The translations under genes and the position numbers were made by a program. A stretch of DNA of 51,853 nucleotides from Ferruginibacter sp. Lineage in GTDB: Bacteria > Bacteroidota > Bacteroidia > Chitinophagales > Chitinophagaceae. The first letter of the stretch is position 1. Every line of letters begins with the position of its first letter. Where the stretch lies: NCBI GenBank assembly GCA_037969135.1, contig JBBKWV010000167.1, positions 1 to 51,853 of the forward strand, given 5' to 3'. Shown here one piece after another: positions 38,980 to 48,642 of this stretch. Under the pieces are notes generated by a model. The model did no database searches and was not told where the DNA came from. It worked only from the letters and a program-made list of their open reading frames with translations.

Positions 38980-39483
38980 CGTCACGGAAACAAAAAAAAC
39001 AATTTAAGCAGAACGGCTTCTCACAGAAAAGCATTGCTGATGAACCTGGGTTGCCAGTTGATCACTTACAAGAGGATCACAACCACAGTTGCAAAGGCAA
39101 AAGCTTTGCGTACATACATTGAGCCAATCATTACCAAAACGAAGCATACGGATACCAAAGAAGTTATCATGCACAATCACCGGTTGGTATTCAGCCATCT
39201 GAATGATAAAGCGGCGGTTAAAGAATTATTTACAGTGGTAGCTCCTAAAGTTGCCTCTCGTCCGGGTGGATATACACGTATCATCAAATTGGGTGCACGT
39301 ACAGGTGATAATGCAGAAATGGCAATGATTGAGTTGGTTGATTTCAACGAGATCTATGGTAAAGGAATCAGCGCAGAACCAAATGTTGAAGCAGTTAAGA
39401 AAACACGTCGTTCAGGTGGTGCTAAGAAAAAAGCAACTGACACTACGGAAGAAGATACAACAGCTGAAAACACAGAAGCATAA
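38977..39483 (+). CDS. rplQ: 50S ribosomal protein L17 with C-terminal extension
   Basis: [31 protein letters not shown]. Confidence 0.98.
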   Translation: MRHGNKKNNLSRTASHRKALLMNLGCQLITYKRITTTVAKAKALRTYIEPIITKTKHTDTKEVIMHNHRLVFSHLNDKAAVKELFTVVAPKVASRPGGYTRIIKLGARTGDNAEMAMIELVDFNEIYGKGISAEPNVEAVKKTRRSGGAKKKATDTTEEDTTAENTEA

Positions 39484-39505
39484 TTTTGAAATTAATGCAT
39501 ATTAT

Positions 39506-39539
39506 AAAAGCTCCGATTTATTTATCGGAGCTTTTTTTT
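39506..39539 (+). terminator. Operon terminator
   Basis: AAAAGCTCCGAT..ATCGGAGCTTTTTTTT. Confidence 0.9.
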
Positions 39540-39639
39540 GATCTTTTTTACTGAATGATAGCATTGAATGATCATGTGAGAAATTTTATTTGTTTAAAAT
39601 GGATTTCTATTCTTTTCTTTGCAAAACCCTTATTTATAC

Positions 39640-40746
39640 ATGGCTCATCTTTCAACAAAACCTGCGGTATTAATTTTAGCTGACGGAACGATCATTCGGG
39701 GGAATGCATTTGGTAAGATCGGTACTGCCACCGGAGAAATATGCTTTAATACAGGAATGACTGGTTACCAGGAAGTGTTTACGGATCCCAGTTATTTTGG
39801 ACAGGTACTGATCATGAACAATGTGCATGTGGGTAATTACGGAACAAGAGCTGTTGATGTAGAAAGCAATTCAGTAAAAGTGAAAGCAGTTATCGGACGA
39901 AATCTGGAAGATAAATACAGCCGGTTTATGGCTGATGCATCTCTCCAACAGTATTTTGAAACACAACAGGTGGTTGCCATTGATGGGATAGATACCAGGG
40001 CACTTGTAACCCATATCCGCACAAAGGGTGCAATGAACTGTATCGTTTCTTCGGATAATACGGATCTGGAATTGCTGAAACAGCAATTAAAACTCGTTCC
40101 TTCCATGGATGGATTGGAACTGGCTTCTGCTGTCAGCACAAAGGAATCCTATGAATTGGGTACTGTTGACAGCAAATGGAAAATAGCCGTTTTGGATTTT
40201 GGAGTAAAGAAAAATATCCTCCATTGCCTTGTAGAAAGAGGTGCTCATATTAAAGTGTTCAATGAAAAGACGGCCTTTGAGGAAATGATGAAATTCAATC
40301 CTTCCGGATTTTTTATCAGCAATGGCCCCGGTGATCCTGCTCCCTTGGATTATGCGGTAAAAACAGTAAAGCAAATGCTGGCAGGAGGAAAACCATTATT
40401 TGGAATTTGTCTCGGACACCAGTTACTGGCACTCGCCAACGATATACCCACATTTAAAATGCAAAACGGTCATCGGGGTTTGAATCATCCGGTGAAAAAT
40501 ATCATCACAGGAAAAGCGGAGATCACCACACAAAATCATGGATTTGGAATAGATCCCGACGCTGTAAAAGCAAATGAACACATAGAAATAACACATGTAA
40601 ACCTGAATGACAACAGCATAGAGGGTATCCGCATAAAAAATAAAAATGCTTTTTCAGTGCAGTATCATCCTGAGGCAACTCCCGGACCGCATGACAGCAG
40701 GTATTTGTTTGATGCATTCATCTCGATGATTCATAACAACCAATAA
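39640..40746 (+). CDS. carA: Carbamoyl-phosphate synthase small subunit
   Basis: GEICFNTGMTGYQE, SNGPGDP, GICLGHQ, QYHPEA. Confidence 0.97.
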   Translation: MAHLSTKPAVLILADGTIIRGNAFGKIGTATGEICFNTGMTGYQEVFTDPSYFGQVLIMNNVHVGNYGTRAVDVESNSVKVKAVIGRNLEDKYSRFMADASLQQYFETQQVVAIDGIDTRALVTHIRTKGAMNCIVSSDNTDLELLKQQLKLVPSMDGLELASAVSTKESYELGTVDSKWKIAVLDFGVKKNILHCLVERGAHIKVFNEKTAFEEMMKFNPSGFFISNGPGDPAPLDYAVKTVKQMLAGGKPLFGICLGHQLLALANDIPTFKMQNGHRGLNHPVKNIITGKAEITTQNHGFGIDPDAVKANEHIEITHVNLNDNSIEGIRIKNKNAFSVQYHPEATPGPHDSRYLFDAFISMIHNNQ

Positions 40747-40817
40747 TTTTTCAATAGCCCTAGATCAATCTGTATAGATTTGATTTTGATACGTGTCAAT
40801 TTGTGTAATTTGTGACA

Positions 40818-41237
40818 ATGAAAATAGCAATCATCAACGGACCAAATTTAAACTTACTCGGAAAAAGAGAGCCCGGTATTTATGGAAGCGAATCTTTTGA
40901 AGTTTTCTTGCAGCAGTTAAAAGAGACTTTCAATACTGTGGAGATTTATTATTTTCAAAGCAATATTGAGGGAGAACTGATCAATGAAATTCAACGGGTG
41001 GGTTTTGATCACGACGGCATCATACTGAACCCCGGAGGTTACACACATACATCTGTAGCGATAGGGGATGCGGTTGCTGCCATCAGCTCTCCTGTTATCG
41101 AAGTGCATATTTCGAATATTTACGGAAGGGAAGAATTCAGAAAACTGTCTTTTGTTTCCGGCAAAGCCAAAGGGGTTATTTCCGGATTGGGGTTAAACGG
41201 TTATACTTTGGCCATGGAATATTTTTTAAAGTTTTAA
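40818..41237 (+). CDS. aroQ: Type II 3-dehydroquinate dehydratase
   Basis: NGPNLNLLGKREPGIYG, QSNIEG, EVHISN. Confidence 0.96.
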   Translation: MKIAIINGPNLNLLGKREPGIYGSESFEVFLQQLKETFNTVEIYYFQSNIEGELINEIQRVGFDHDGIILNPGGYTHTSVAIGDAVAAISSPVIEVHISNIYGREEFRKLSFVSGKAKGVISGLGLNGYTLAMEYFLKF

Positions 41238-43343
41238 TTTCCGGATGGTTGATTTAACCTGCGTTTTCAAAACATCCAATGCTGCCAACTGCTGCTGTAT
41301 AAATACATTTTCTTCCAGTTTTCCCAGCACCTTGTTCATTTCTTTGTTGTTATCATAAACCATTTTCCTGAAATCATTGCTGTAATCTTTGGCACGGGAA
41401 TCGTAAATGCCTTTACTCATCCAGGCTTTGGTTTCCAGCGCATTATTCAGCAAGTTTTTAAAAAGTTCGGGATTGAATTGTTTGGGGGTTATGTGAAGAA
41501 TTTCGAGTAATGATGTATAAGCATGACTCAGCTTATCTTTTTCATAAGCGGTACCCTGTACACGATAAAAATCATGCAGCATTTCCCAACTGGTTACTTT
41601 ACCGGATTTGATATTTATCTTAATAAGATCAATTTCTGTTTTTTGGATCAATTGCCCTCCGGTATTCACCCACTCACTGCGTTGAATTTTAGCCGACAAT
41701 GATCTTTTCAATTTCTCAAAATCAGCAAATTTATTTTTCTGATAATGTTTGAAAATTTCCATGGTCCCATAATATTGAACCAGTTCGCGAAATAAATTAA
41801 CCGATTGTTGAACTTTAAAAATAACTGTTTTGCGGCCAGAATTTTCCCAGCCGGTTACCATTGCGGAGCCGTCGGTTTCCGGTTTTAATTTTTCCAGGAT
41901 CGACAAAGCATTGAATATTTCATTGATTGTATCCGGGGCAAGAAAATCATATTCTATATGTTGAATTTTTTCTATTCTCTTATCCCGGTCAATATATTTC
42001 CAGGCATTTCTTGCGAGGGCGTACATATTGTACATAAACCAATATCCTGGTATGATAACCAACCGGTCGCGGGCAGGGTCGTTACTAACCAAACTGAAAG
42101 GAATGGGTATATTTAATTCAGCCGGGTAATCTGCTTTTGCCATTATGGTAAAAGACGCAAATTTTGAATTGTGTTTTAAACTTACACAAAGCCCCGGCCA
42201 AAAACCACGTCCGGCAATGATCTCACCATCCGGGCTGCGGCTGTTGTGGTTGCTGCCAATTGTTGCACCGGCAGCAATATTGCTTTGTCCCATGATCGTG
42301 GAAGCACATAAAAAAGAATTGTTGTGGTGTTGTTCATGCGAGGGGAAAATCAATGAATTTAAAACCTCACAACAGGAAATGGTAGAATTGTTTCCGAGAT
42401 AAGAATTGATAAGCCTGGCACCATATTTCAACTGCGAATGCGATGCCATTACAAATCTCACCGCTTTAACACCATAAAAAATACGACAACCATAGCCAAC
42501 AATTCCATTTACCAATTCACAACCTTCACCAATCTGGCTTTTACGTTCCGGATCGCTGTTGATGGTCAGGTTTTTTAATTTATTGGCTCCTTTAATATAT
42601 GCATCGGATCCGATCCAGACATCTTTTATGATCCGGCAGTTTTTGATGACGGTTCTGTCACCGATCTTACCATAATATCCCCGTTGTTTATCAAATTTTT
42701 CATCGGTAAATAATTTAAATTTTTCCAGTAACACGGTATCCTCTCTGAACTTACTCCAGAACCAGGCGTCCCCTGCAAGCATGCCGTTAAAAGGTAAAAT
42801 ACTTCTTCCTCCATTTTCATTGCATACTTCTATCCAGGTTCTTACATTTTCTTTTTCACCTTCTTTAAGAATTCCGTTTCCAAATTTTGAAATGGCGGTT
42901 GCAGCAAGTTCGTTAACATTGGCGATCATTACATTATTGCCAATGATATAATGGCTGAGGTAATTTACATTGTCTATGCAAATATTATCTCCCAGATCGC
43001 AACTGATGATGGTACTGTTGTATAATCCAACAGCCATGCGCAGGTTGTGAAACTCGTGGTATAAAGCCTGTAATTTTCCAATCCGGACAAGACCGAAAAA
43101 TTTACAGTTTCTGACAAGATTTGCATTGAATAAGTCTGTTACCAGGATCCGGTTCCAGTTATCTGAAGTATTTCTGTTGTGAACAAGTGTATCTATTTCA
43201 GCTGTAGTCAGTGAACGGTAAATGGCTTTATACCTGTTCTGAATATTGCGGAGATAATATTCATCTTTCCCTTTGGGAATATATTTTTTATCAATAAAAT
43301 TATAACCAAGTTCTTTTACCGGATGTGTTTGTATAATATTCAT
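41226..43343 (-). CDS. DUF4954 family protein with left-handed beta-helix-like segment
   Basis: IEVCNENGGR; hexapeptide-like IGDRTV/IGSDAY/IGEGCE; HEQHHNNSFL; GSNHNSR; FWPGLCVSLKHNS. Confidence 0.8.
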   Translation of the reverse strand: MNIIQTHPVKELGYNFIDKKYIPKGKDEYYLRNIQNRYKAIYRSLTTAEIDTLVHNRNTSDNWNRILVTDLFNANLVRNCKFFGLVRIGKLQALYHEFHNLRMAVGLYNSTIISCDLGDNICIDNVNYLSHYIIGNNVMIANVNELAATAISKFGNGILKEGEKENVRTWIEVCNENGGRSILPFNGMLAGDAWFWSKFREDTVLLEKFKLFTDEKFDKQRGYYGKIGDRTVIKNCRIIKDVWIGSDAYIKGANKLKNLTINSDPERKSQIGEGCELVNGIVGYGCRIFYGVKAVRFVMASHSQLKYGARLINSYLGNNSTISCCEVLNSLIFPSHEQHHNNSFLCASTIMGQSNIAAGATIGSNHNSRSPDGEIIAGRGFWPGLCVSLKHNSKFASFTIMAKADYPAELNIPIPFSLVSNDPARDRLVIIPGYWFMYNMYALARNAWKYIDRDKRIEKIQHIEYDFLAPDTINEIFNALSILEKLKPETDGSAMVTGWENSGRKTVIFKVQQSVNLFRELVQYYGTMEIFKHYQKNKFADFEKLKRSLSAKIQRSEWVNTGGQLIQKTEIDLIKINIKSGKVTSWEMLHDFYRVQGTAYEKDKLSHAYTSLLEILHITPKQFNPELFKNLLNNALETKAWMSKGIYDSRAKDYSNDFRKMVYDNNKEMNKVLGKLEENVFIQQQLAALDVLKTQVKSTIRKLKL

Positions 43344-43461
43344 CTATTGTAAAGGAAATTTAATAATTGATAAGTGAAAATATGATGCATTCAATATAGC
43401 TTCCTGTATGCATTCAATTTCAACAATGCTTTTAAAGATCTCATGTAGCATTATCTTTTTT

Positions 43462-45297
43462 CTACTCCACCGTTACACTTTTAGCAAGATTCCTGGGTTT
43501 ATCAACATCAACACCCTTGGCAATACCTACATAATAACTCAGCAGTTGCAATGGAATGGTACTCAGCAACGGGGCGATGATCTCATCTGCAGGAGGAACG
43601 TAAAAGATATCGTCGGCCAAACCAGGAATGACTTCATCTCCTTCAGTGACGATTGCAATCACTTTTCCTTTACGTGCTTTGATCTCCTGGATATTGCTTA
43701 CGATCTTTTCATGATAAGAATCCTTTGTTGCAACAAAAACAACCGGTAATGCATCGGTAACCAAAGCAATGGGTCCATGTTTCATTTCTGCCGCAGGATA
43801 ACCCTCTGCATGTATATAAGAGATCTCTTTCAGTTTAAGTGCACCTTCAAGAGCGATGGGGAAGTTATATCCTCTGCCCAGGAACAATGCATCTGCGGCA
43901 CCCATATATTTTTGGGCAATGGGTTTTAACAGGTCTGCGTTTTTGAGCAAAGCAGCAACTTTTTCAGGAACAGCATCCAATTCAAAAAGTAAACTGGTAT
44001 AACGTTCATCACTGATGGTCTTTTTTTCTTTGGCAATTTTCAAAGCCATCATAACAATAACTGCAAGTTGACCGGTAAATGCTTTGGTACTGGCGACCCC
44101 GATTTCCGGACCAGCATGCGTGTAAGCCCCGCCGTCACTTATCCGTGCAATGGATGACCCAACCACATTTACAATTCCAAAAATGATAGCTCCGTATTCT
44201 TTTGCTCTTTCTATGGCTACCATTGTATCGGCGGTTTCCCCGCTCTGGCTAATCGCTATGATGATATCACCTTTGTTAATGATCGGGTTCCGGTACCTGA
44301 ATTCAGAAGCATATTCCACTTCAACGGGTATACGGCAAAGCTCTTCAATGATATATTCTGCCAGTAAGGCAGCATGCCAGCTGGTGCCACAGGCCACAAT
44401 GATGATCCTGCTTGCATTCTTAAAATGTTCTATATTATTCTCAACACCACTCATGGTGATCGTACCGTTAGCTGCATCTAACCTGCCTCGTAAACAATCA
44501 TGTATCGTACTCGGTTGTTCAAATATCTCTTTTAACATGAAATGATCATAGCCGCCTTTTTCAATGGCAGCAAGTTCCATATCCAGTTTGGTAATGAAAG
44601 GAGTTATCTTTTCATTACCCAGATTTTTCAGGATAAGTTCATTTGGTTTAACAATTGCCAGTTCATAATCGTTAACGTAAACAACCTCTTTGGTATATTC
44701 AAGCATCGGACTTGCATCACTTCCAAGAAAATGTTCGCCTTTACCAACACCAATAACCAATGGACTTCCTTTACGTGCTGCAATAATTGTTTCGGGATCA
44801 CTTGCATCGATCAATAGAATACAATAAGCTCCTGTAATTCTTTTAAGAGCAACCCTTACAGCTTCTTCCAGATCACATTCATTGTTCTTTTGGATATCTT
44901 CAATAAAATTCAACAGTACTTCAGTATCTGTATCACTGGTAAAACTGTATCCCTTGTTTTCAAGTTCTTTTTTTATTTGTGCATAATTTTCAATGATACC
45001 ATTGTGAATCATTGCCAGTTTACCACTTGCGCTGGTATGCGGGTGTGCATTGCGGTCACTGGGTTCGCCATGTGTTGCCCAACGGGTATGGCCAATGCCT
45101 ATATGCGCATGCAGATCTTTGCCAATCAGCGTTTGTTCAAGATCAGCAACCCTTCCTTTCTTTTTATACACTTTCAGGCCACTGTTCAGTAAGGCAACGC
45201 CGGTACTGTCGTAGCCACGATATTCAAGTCTTTTTAATCCGGTAATTATGATCGGGTATGCTTCTTTAGGCCCGGTGTATCCAACGATTCCGCACAT
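43462..45297 (-). CDS. glmS: Glutamine--fructose-6-phosphate transaminase
   Basis: MCGIVG, LEYRGYDS, GHTRWATHG, SQSGETADT, PRNLAKSVTVE. Confidence 0.98.
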   Translation of the reverse strand: MCGIVGYTGPKEAYPIIITGLKRLEYRGYDSTGVALLNSGLKVYKKKGRVADLEQTLIGKDLHAHIGIGHTRWATHGEPSDRNAHPHTSASGKLAMIHNGIIENYAQIKKELENKGYSFTSDTDTEVLLNFIEDIQKNNECDLEEAVRVALKRITGAYCILLIDASDPETIIAARKGSPLVIGVGKGEHFLGSDASPMLEYTKEVVYVNDYELAIVKPNELILKNLGNEKITPFITKLDMELAAIEKGGYDHFMLKEIFEQPSTIHDCLRGRLDAANGTITMSGVENNIEHFKNASRIIIVACGTSWHAALLAEYIIEELCRIPVEVEYASEFRYRNPIINKGDIIIAISQSGETADTMVAIERAKEYGAIIFGIVNVVGSSIARISDGGAYTHAGPEIGVASTKAFTGQLAVIVMMALKIAKEKKTISDERYTSLLFELDAVPEKVAALLKNADLLKPIAQKYMGAADALFLGRGYNFPIALEGALKLKEISYIHAEGYPAAEMKHGPIALVTDALPVVFVATKDSYHEKIVSNIQEIKARKGKVIAIVTEGDEVIPGLADDIFYVPPADEIIAPLLSTIPLQLLSYYVGIAKGVDVDKPRNLAKSVTVE

Positions 45298-45417
45298 ATA
45301 TCTTTTATTATTATTTGTGTTAAGAATTTAATGCACAATATTATCGAAAATAATGCTTAAAACAAGGATTTTCGCATCTTATAAAACATATATTAGCAAT
45401 AGATTAAGCCCCATTTA

Positions 45418-45993
45418 ATGAAAAATTTACCGGTAATAATTTTATTTCTCTGCATCAACCCCCTGAATGGGTTGTTTGCTCAAAAGCAAACAGAACCATT
45501 TGAGAATATTTGCTTTTATCTGGTAAGGCATGCCGAAAAAGATACGGGTAAAAATCCAGGGCTCACACAGGCGGGGCTCATACGTGCCGGTGATCTCTTT
45601 CGTAAACTGCAGAAACTGCAGATAACTGATATTTTTGTAAGTCAGTGGCTTCGCACACAGATGACAGCGGATTCATTGAGGATCTATCAGCATATTGATA
45701 CCATACATTACCGGGCTGATCTCACTGGGGATGATCTGATATCGAAAATAAACAGTCTTAAAGGGAAGTTGAAAAATGTACTGATCATTGGCCATAGCAA
45801 TACTATACCGTCAATTATCAGAAGGCTCGAGATAAAGGATTATATAATAGATGAAATTCCGGATAAGGAATATGATAATCTTTACCGGATAAAATTCAAA
45901 AAAAAGAAAGCCATCTTTAAACAAATGAAATATGGAAAACGGGCTGATAATTTAATCTCAGCAGGAAATGAAAAGATGAAGCCATTACAATAG
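45418..45993 (+). CDS. Exported histidine phosphatase family protein
   Basis: Signal peptide; LVRHAEK, RTQMTA, IGHSNTIP. Confidence 0.85.
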   Translation: MKNLPVIILFLCINPLNGLFAQKQTEPFENICFYLVRHAEKDTGKNPGLTQAGLIRAGDLFRKLQKLQITDIFVSQWLRTQMTADSLRIYQHIDTIHYRADLTGDDLISKINSLKGKLKNVLIIGHSNTIPSIIRRLEIKDYIIDEIPDKEYDNLYRIKFKKKKAIFKQMKYGKRADNLISAGNEKMKPLQ

Positions 45994-47376
45994 GAATCCT
46001 TTTAAGAAAAAGTATGCTACTGAAAAATAGATCACAATTCCGGTAACATCCACGAGGGTAGCCACAAAAGGAGCAGATGATGCGGCCGGATCCAGTTTTA
46101 ATTTTTTTAAGATGATGGGCAGCATGGAACCCATCAGGCTTCCCCAAAGTACTATACCGATAAGTGAAAAGAAAATGGTAAAAGCAACCAGTTGCCAATA
46201 AATGCCATAATCAAAAATGTGCAGGTTTTGCCATAATAAAATACGCAGAAATCCGATACTGCCCAATATTATTCCCAATAATAATCCGGAGATCAGTTCA
46301 CGCCTCATTACTTTCCACCAATCCAGAATGGTAAGTTCACCCAAAGCCATTGCCTGTATGATCAGAGTAGAAGCCTGTGAACCACTGTTTCCACCACTGC
46401 TCATGATCAAAGGTATGAACAGGGCCAATACGGTTGCAGTTTCAATTTCTTTCTGAAAGAACTGCATGGCAGTAGCAGTAAGCATTTCACCTAAAAAAAG
46501 CAATACCAGCCAGCCGGCTCTTTTTTTAACCAGTTTAAGGATATTAATCTCCAGGTAAGGCTCATCCAATGCCTCTGTACCACCAATTTTCTGAATATCC
46601 TCACTGAATTCCTCGTGGCCAACCCAGAGTACATCATCGATGGTAACGATACCCAAAAGTAAATTCTGGCTGTCTGTAACAGGTAAGGCTACCCGGTTAT
46701 TCATTTTAAACGCTTCGTATGCCAGTTCCTGGTCATCAGTAACATTCAGTGAAATGTAACGTCCATCCATGATCTCATTAACCTTTGCATCCGGTGAAGC
46801 AAGGATAATATCTTTGATCCGGATATCATCAATCATTTCACCTTTTGAATCAATTACATAGATGACATCAATGGTCTCTGTGTTTTTTCCATATCTGCGA
46901 ATGGTGTCTAATACTTCTTTTACTGTATTGTATTCATACACATAAACATAATCAGGTGTCATTAACCTGCCTACACTGTTTTCGGGATAACCCAGTAATT
47001 CAAGTGTTATTTTTCTTTCTTCAGGATCCAGTGTTTTGATCAATTCCCTAACGGTACTGTTAGGGAGTTCTTCCAAAAACGAAACACGGTCATCGGGCGG
47101 TAATTCATTTAATAATTCCGCAGATTTAAATGCAGGGAGGTTTTTGATGATCCTTTTCTGTTCATTGGTGTCCAGGATTTTAAAAACACCCGCTGCCCTG
47201 TGAATGGATAAATGGGAAACGATCTGCGTTTCATAATCGGTATTTTCATAAATGAGATTGGCAACATCACTGATGTTCTGGTCATTCAGGAATTCCTGAA
47301 TGGCGAGTTTGTTTTCGGAGGCGATAACCTCTTCAAACTGTTGCTGTAACGATATTTCATCAATTTCCAATGGCAT
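45985..47376 (-). CDS. mgtE: Magnesium transporter MgtE
   Basis: CBS pair; RAGWL, GGNSGSQ, DPAASSAPFVATLVDVTG. Confidence 0.96.
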   Translation of the reverse strand: MPLEIDEISLQQQFEEVIASENKLAIQEFLNDQNISDVANLIYENTDYETQIVSHLSIHRAAGVFKILDTNEQKRIIKNLPAFKSAELLNELPPDDRVSFLEELPNSTVRELIKTLDPEERKITLELLGYPENSVGRLMTPDYVYVYEYNTVKEVLDTIRRYGKNTETIDVIYVIDSKGEMIDDIRIKDIILASPDAKVNEIMDGRYISLNVTDDQELAYEAFKMNNRVALPVTDSQNLLLGIVTIDDVLWVGHEEFSEDIQKIGGTEALDEPYLEINILKLVKKRAGWLVLLFLGEMLTATAMQFFQKEIETATVLALFIPLIMSSGGNSGSQASTLIIQAMALGELTILDWWKVMRRELISGLLLGIILGSIGFLRILLWQNLHIFDYGIYWQLVAFTIFFSLIGIVLWGSLMGSMLPIILKKLKLDPAASSAPFVATLVDVTGIVIYFSVAYFFLKGFLL

Positions 47377-47540
47377 GCTGAATGACTGAAAATTATTTTT
47401 TATGAAACGGCAATTTAGTTTTTTTAAATTTAATCAAATGTTATGAATATGAGTAAGTATGAATTTATGAGCGTTCATTGTTGAATTAAATGCTAACAGA
47501 TTGTATTGTACATTCGCAACAGGAATTATTATTTGCCTTT

Positions 47541-47924
47541 ATGATAAAATCATACCTGTTTGTTGATAAAACAAAAAAAAAAGGGAAAGCGGTTTTTACC
47601 AGTGAAAAAATTGCTGCAGGTACTGTTATCGAAATTGCCCCGGTTATTGTGATGCATAAAGATGACAGAATCCATCTTGACAAAACCTTATTGCATGATT
47701 ATATTTTTGAATGGGGAAAATTAAAAGATAAATGCTGTATGGCTCTTGGATTTATTCCGATGTATAATCACAGTTATAAAAGTAATTGTGAATATTTTAT
47801 GGATTTTGAAGACGAAACCATTTTGGTGAAAACGGTTAGAATAATTGAAAAAGGAGAGGAGCTTACGATCAATTACAACGGTGATTGGAATGATAGTAAA
47901 AATGTATGGTTCGATGCGAAATAA
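47541..47924 (+). CDS. Stand-alone SET-domain protein (start reassigned to MIKSY)
   Basis: KGKAVF, MYNHSYKSNC, IEKGEELTINY. Confidence 0.88.
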   Translation: MIKSYLFVDKTKKKGKAVFTSEKIAAGTVIEIAPVIVMHKDDRIHLDKTLLHDYIFEWGKLKDKCCMALGFIPMYNHSYKSNCEYFMDFEDETILVKTVRIIEKGEELTINYNGDWNDSKNVWFDAK

Positions 47925-47938
47925 GTTAACCAAAAAGT

Positions 47939-47969
47939 AAAAAGCGAAACCAATTTGGTTTCGCTTTTT
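47939..47969. terminator. Bidirectional terminator
   Basis: AAAAAGCGAAACCAA-T-TTGGTTTCGCTTTTT. Confidence 0.9.
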
Positions 47970-47986
47970 ACCAGCTTTTCATTTAT

Positions 47987-48523
47987 TTATTGTTGTTCAA
48001 TAAGTTGAATTTCACATACAATTCTTACCTCATCACTTACTACAATTCCACCTGCTTCGGTAACTGCACTCCAGTTCAGACCGAAATCTTTGCGGTTAAT
48101 TTTTCCATTGATGGTAAAGCCTGCTTTGGTATTGCCATATGGATCTTTTACCACGCCTCCGAACTCTACCGATAATTTAATGTTTTTGGTTACTTCCCGA
48201 ATGTTTAAGTCGCCATACATTTCGTAAGAACCATCCCCATCCGTATTTTCAAATTTTGTGGCGGTAAATTTAATTTGGGGATATTTTTCCCCATCAAAAA
48301 AATCGGCACTTTTCAGGTGGGTATCTCTTTGTTCATTATTGGTAGAAATAGAATCAATATCAGCTGTAAAACTGATCTTCGCTTGCATAAAATCTTCCTC
48401 ATCTGTTTGCACAGTAGCCTGAAAAATATCAAAACTCCCTGTAACATTGGTAATCATCAGGTGCTTTATCTTAAAATGTACCTCGCTGTGTGTGGGGTCT
48501 ATTACCCAATTTTTCGTAGCCAT
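47987..48523 (-). CDS. YceI family protein
   Basis: WVIDPTHSEVHF, RDTHLKSADFFD, INRKDFGL. Confidence 0.95.
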   Translation of the reverse strand: MATKNWVIDPTHSEVHFKIKHLMITNVTGSFDIFQATVQTDEEDFMQAKISFTADIDSISTNNEQRDTHLKSADFFDGEKYPQIKFTATKFENTDGDGSYEMYGDLNIREVTKNIKLSVEFGGVVKDPYGNTKAGFTINGKINRKDFGLNWSAVTEAGGIVVSDEVRIVCEIQLIEQQ

Positions 48524-48555
48524 AATTTTTAATTTAACTGCAAGATACTAAAACA

Positions 48556-48567
48556 ATGTTTAAACAT
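48556..48567. promoter_or_regulatory. Perfect 12-bp palindrome (candidate operator) upstream of yceI
   Basis: ATGTTTAAACAT. Confidence 0.5.
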
Positions 48568-48597
48568 CAAATATTGTTTTGAAAAGAGTTGTTAAAT

Positions 48598-48622
48598 AAA
48601 AATCCCACCGGATGGGTGGGAT
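48598..48622 (-). terminator. Aconitase terminator
   Basis: ATCCCACC/GGTGGGAT stem with a minus-strand T-run. Confidence 0.75.
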
Positions 48623-48642
48623 CAAAAGCATCAAAATGAAAT

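Noticed and set aside
45298-45417. glmS ribozyme
   Set aside because: 120-nt AT-rich divergent gap without the conserved core or room for the fold
41226-45993. 3' overlaps aroQ/DUF4954 (12 nt) and phosphatase/mgtE (9 nt) as frameshifts
   Set aside because: All four proteins end plausibly; short convergent overlaps are common
47377-47540. M-box riboswitch upstream of mgtE
   Set aside because: AT-rich, no recognisable aptamer or terminator, and shared with a divergent promoter
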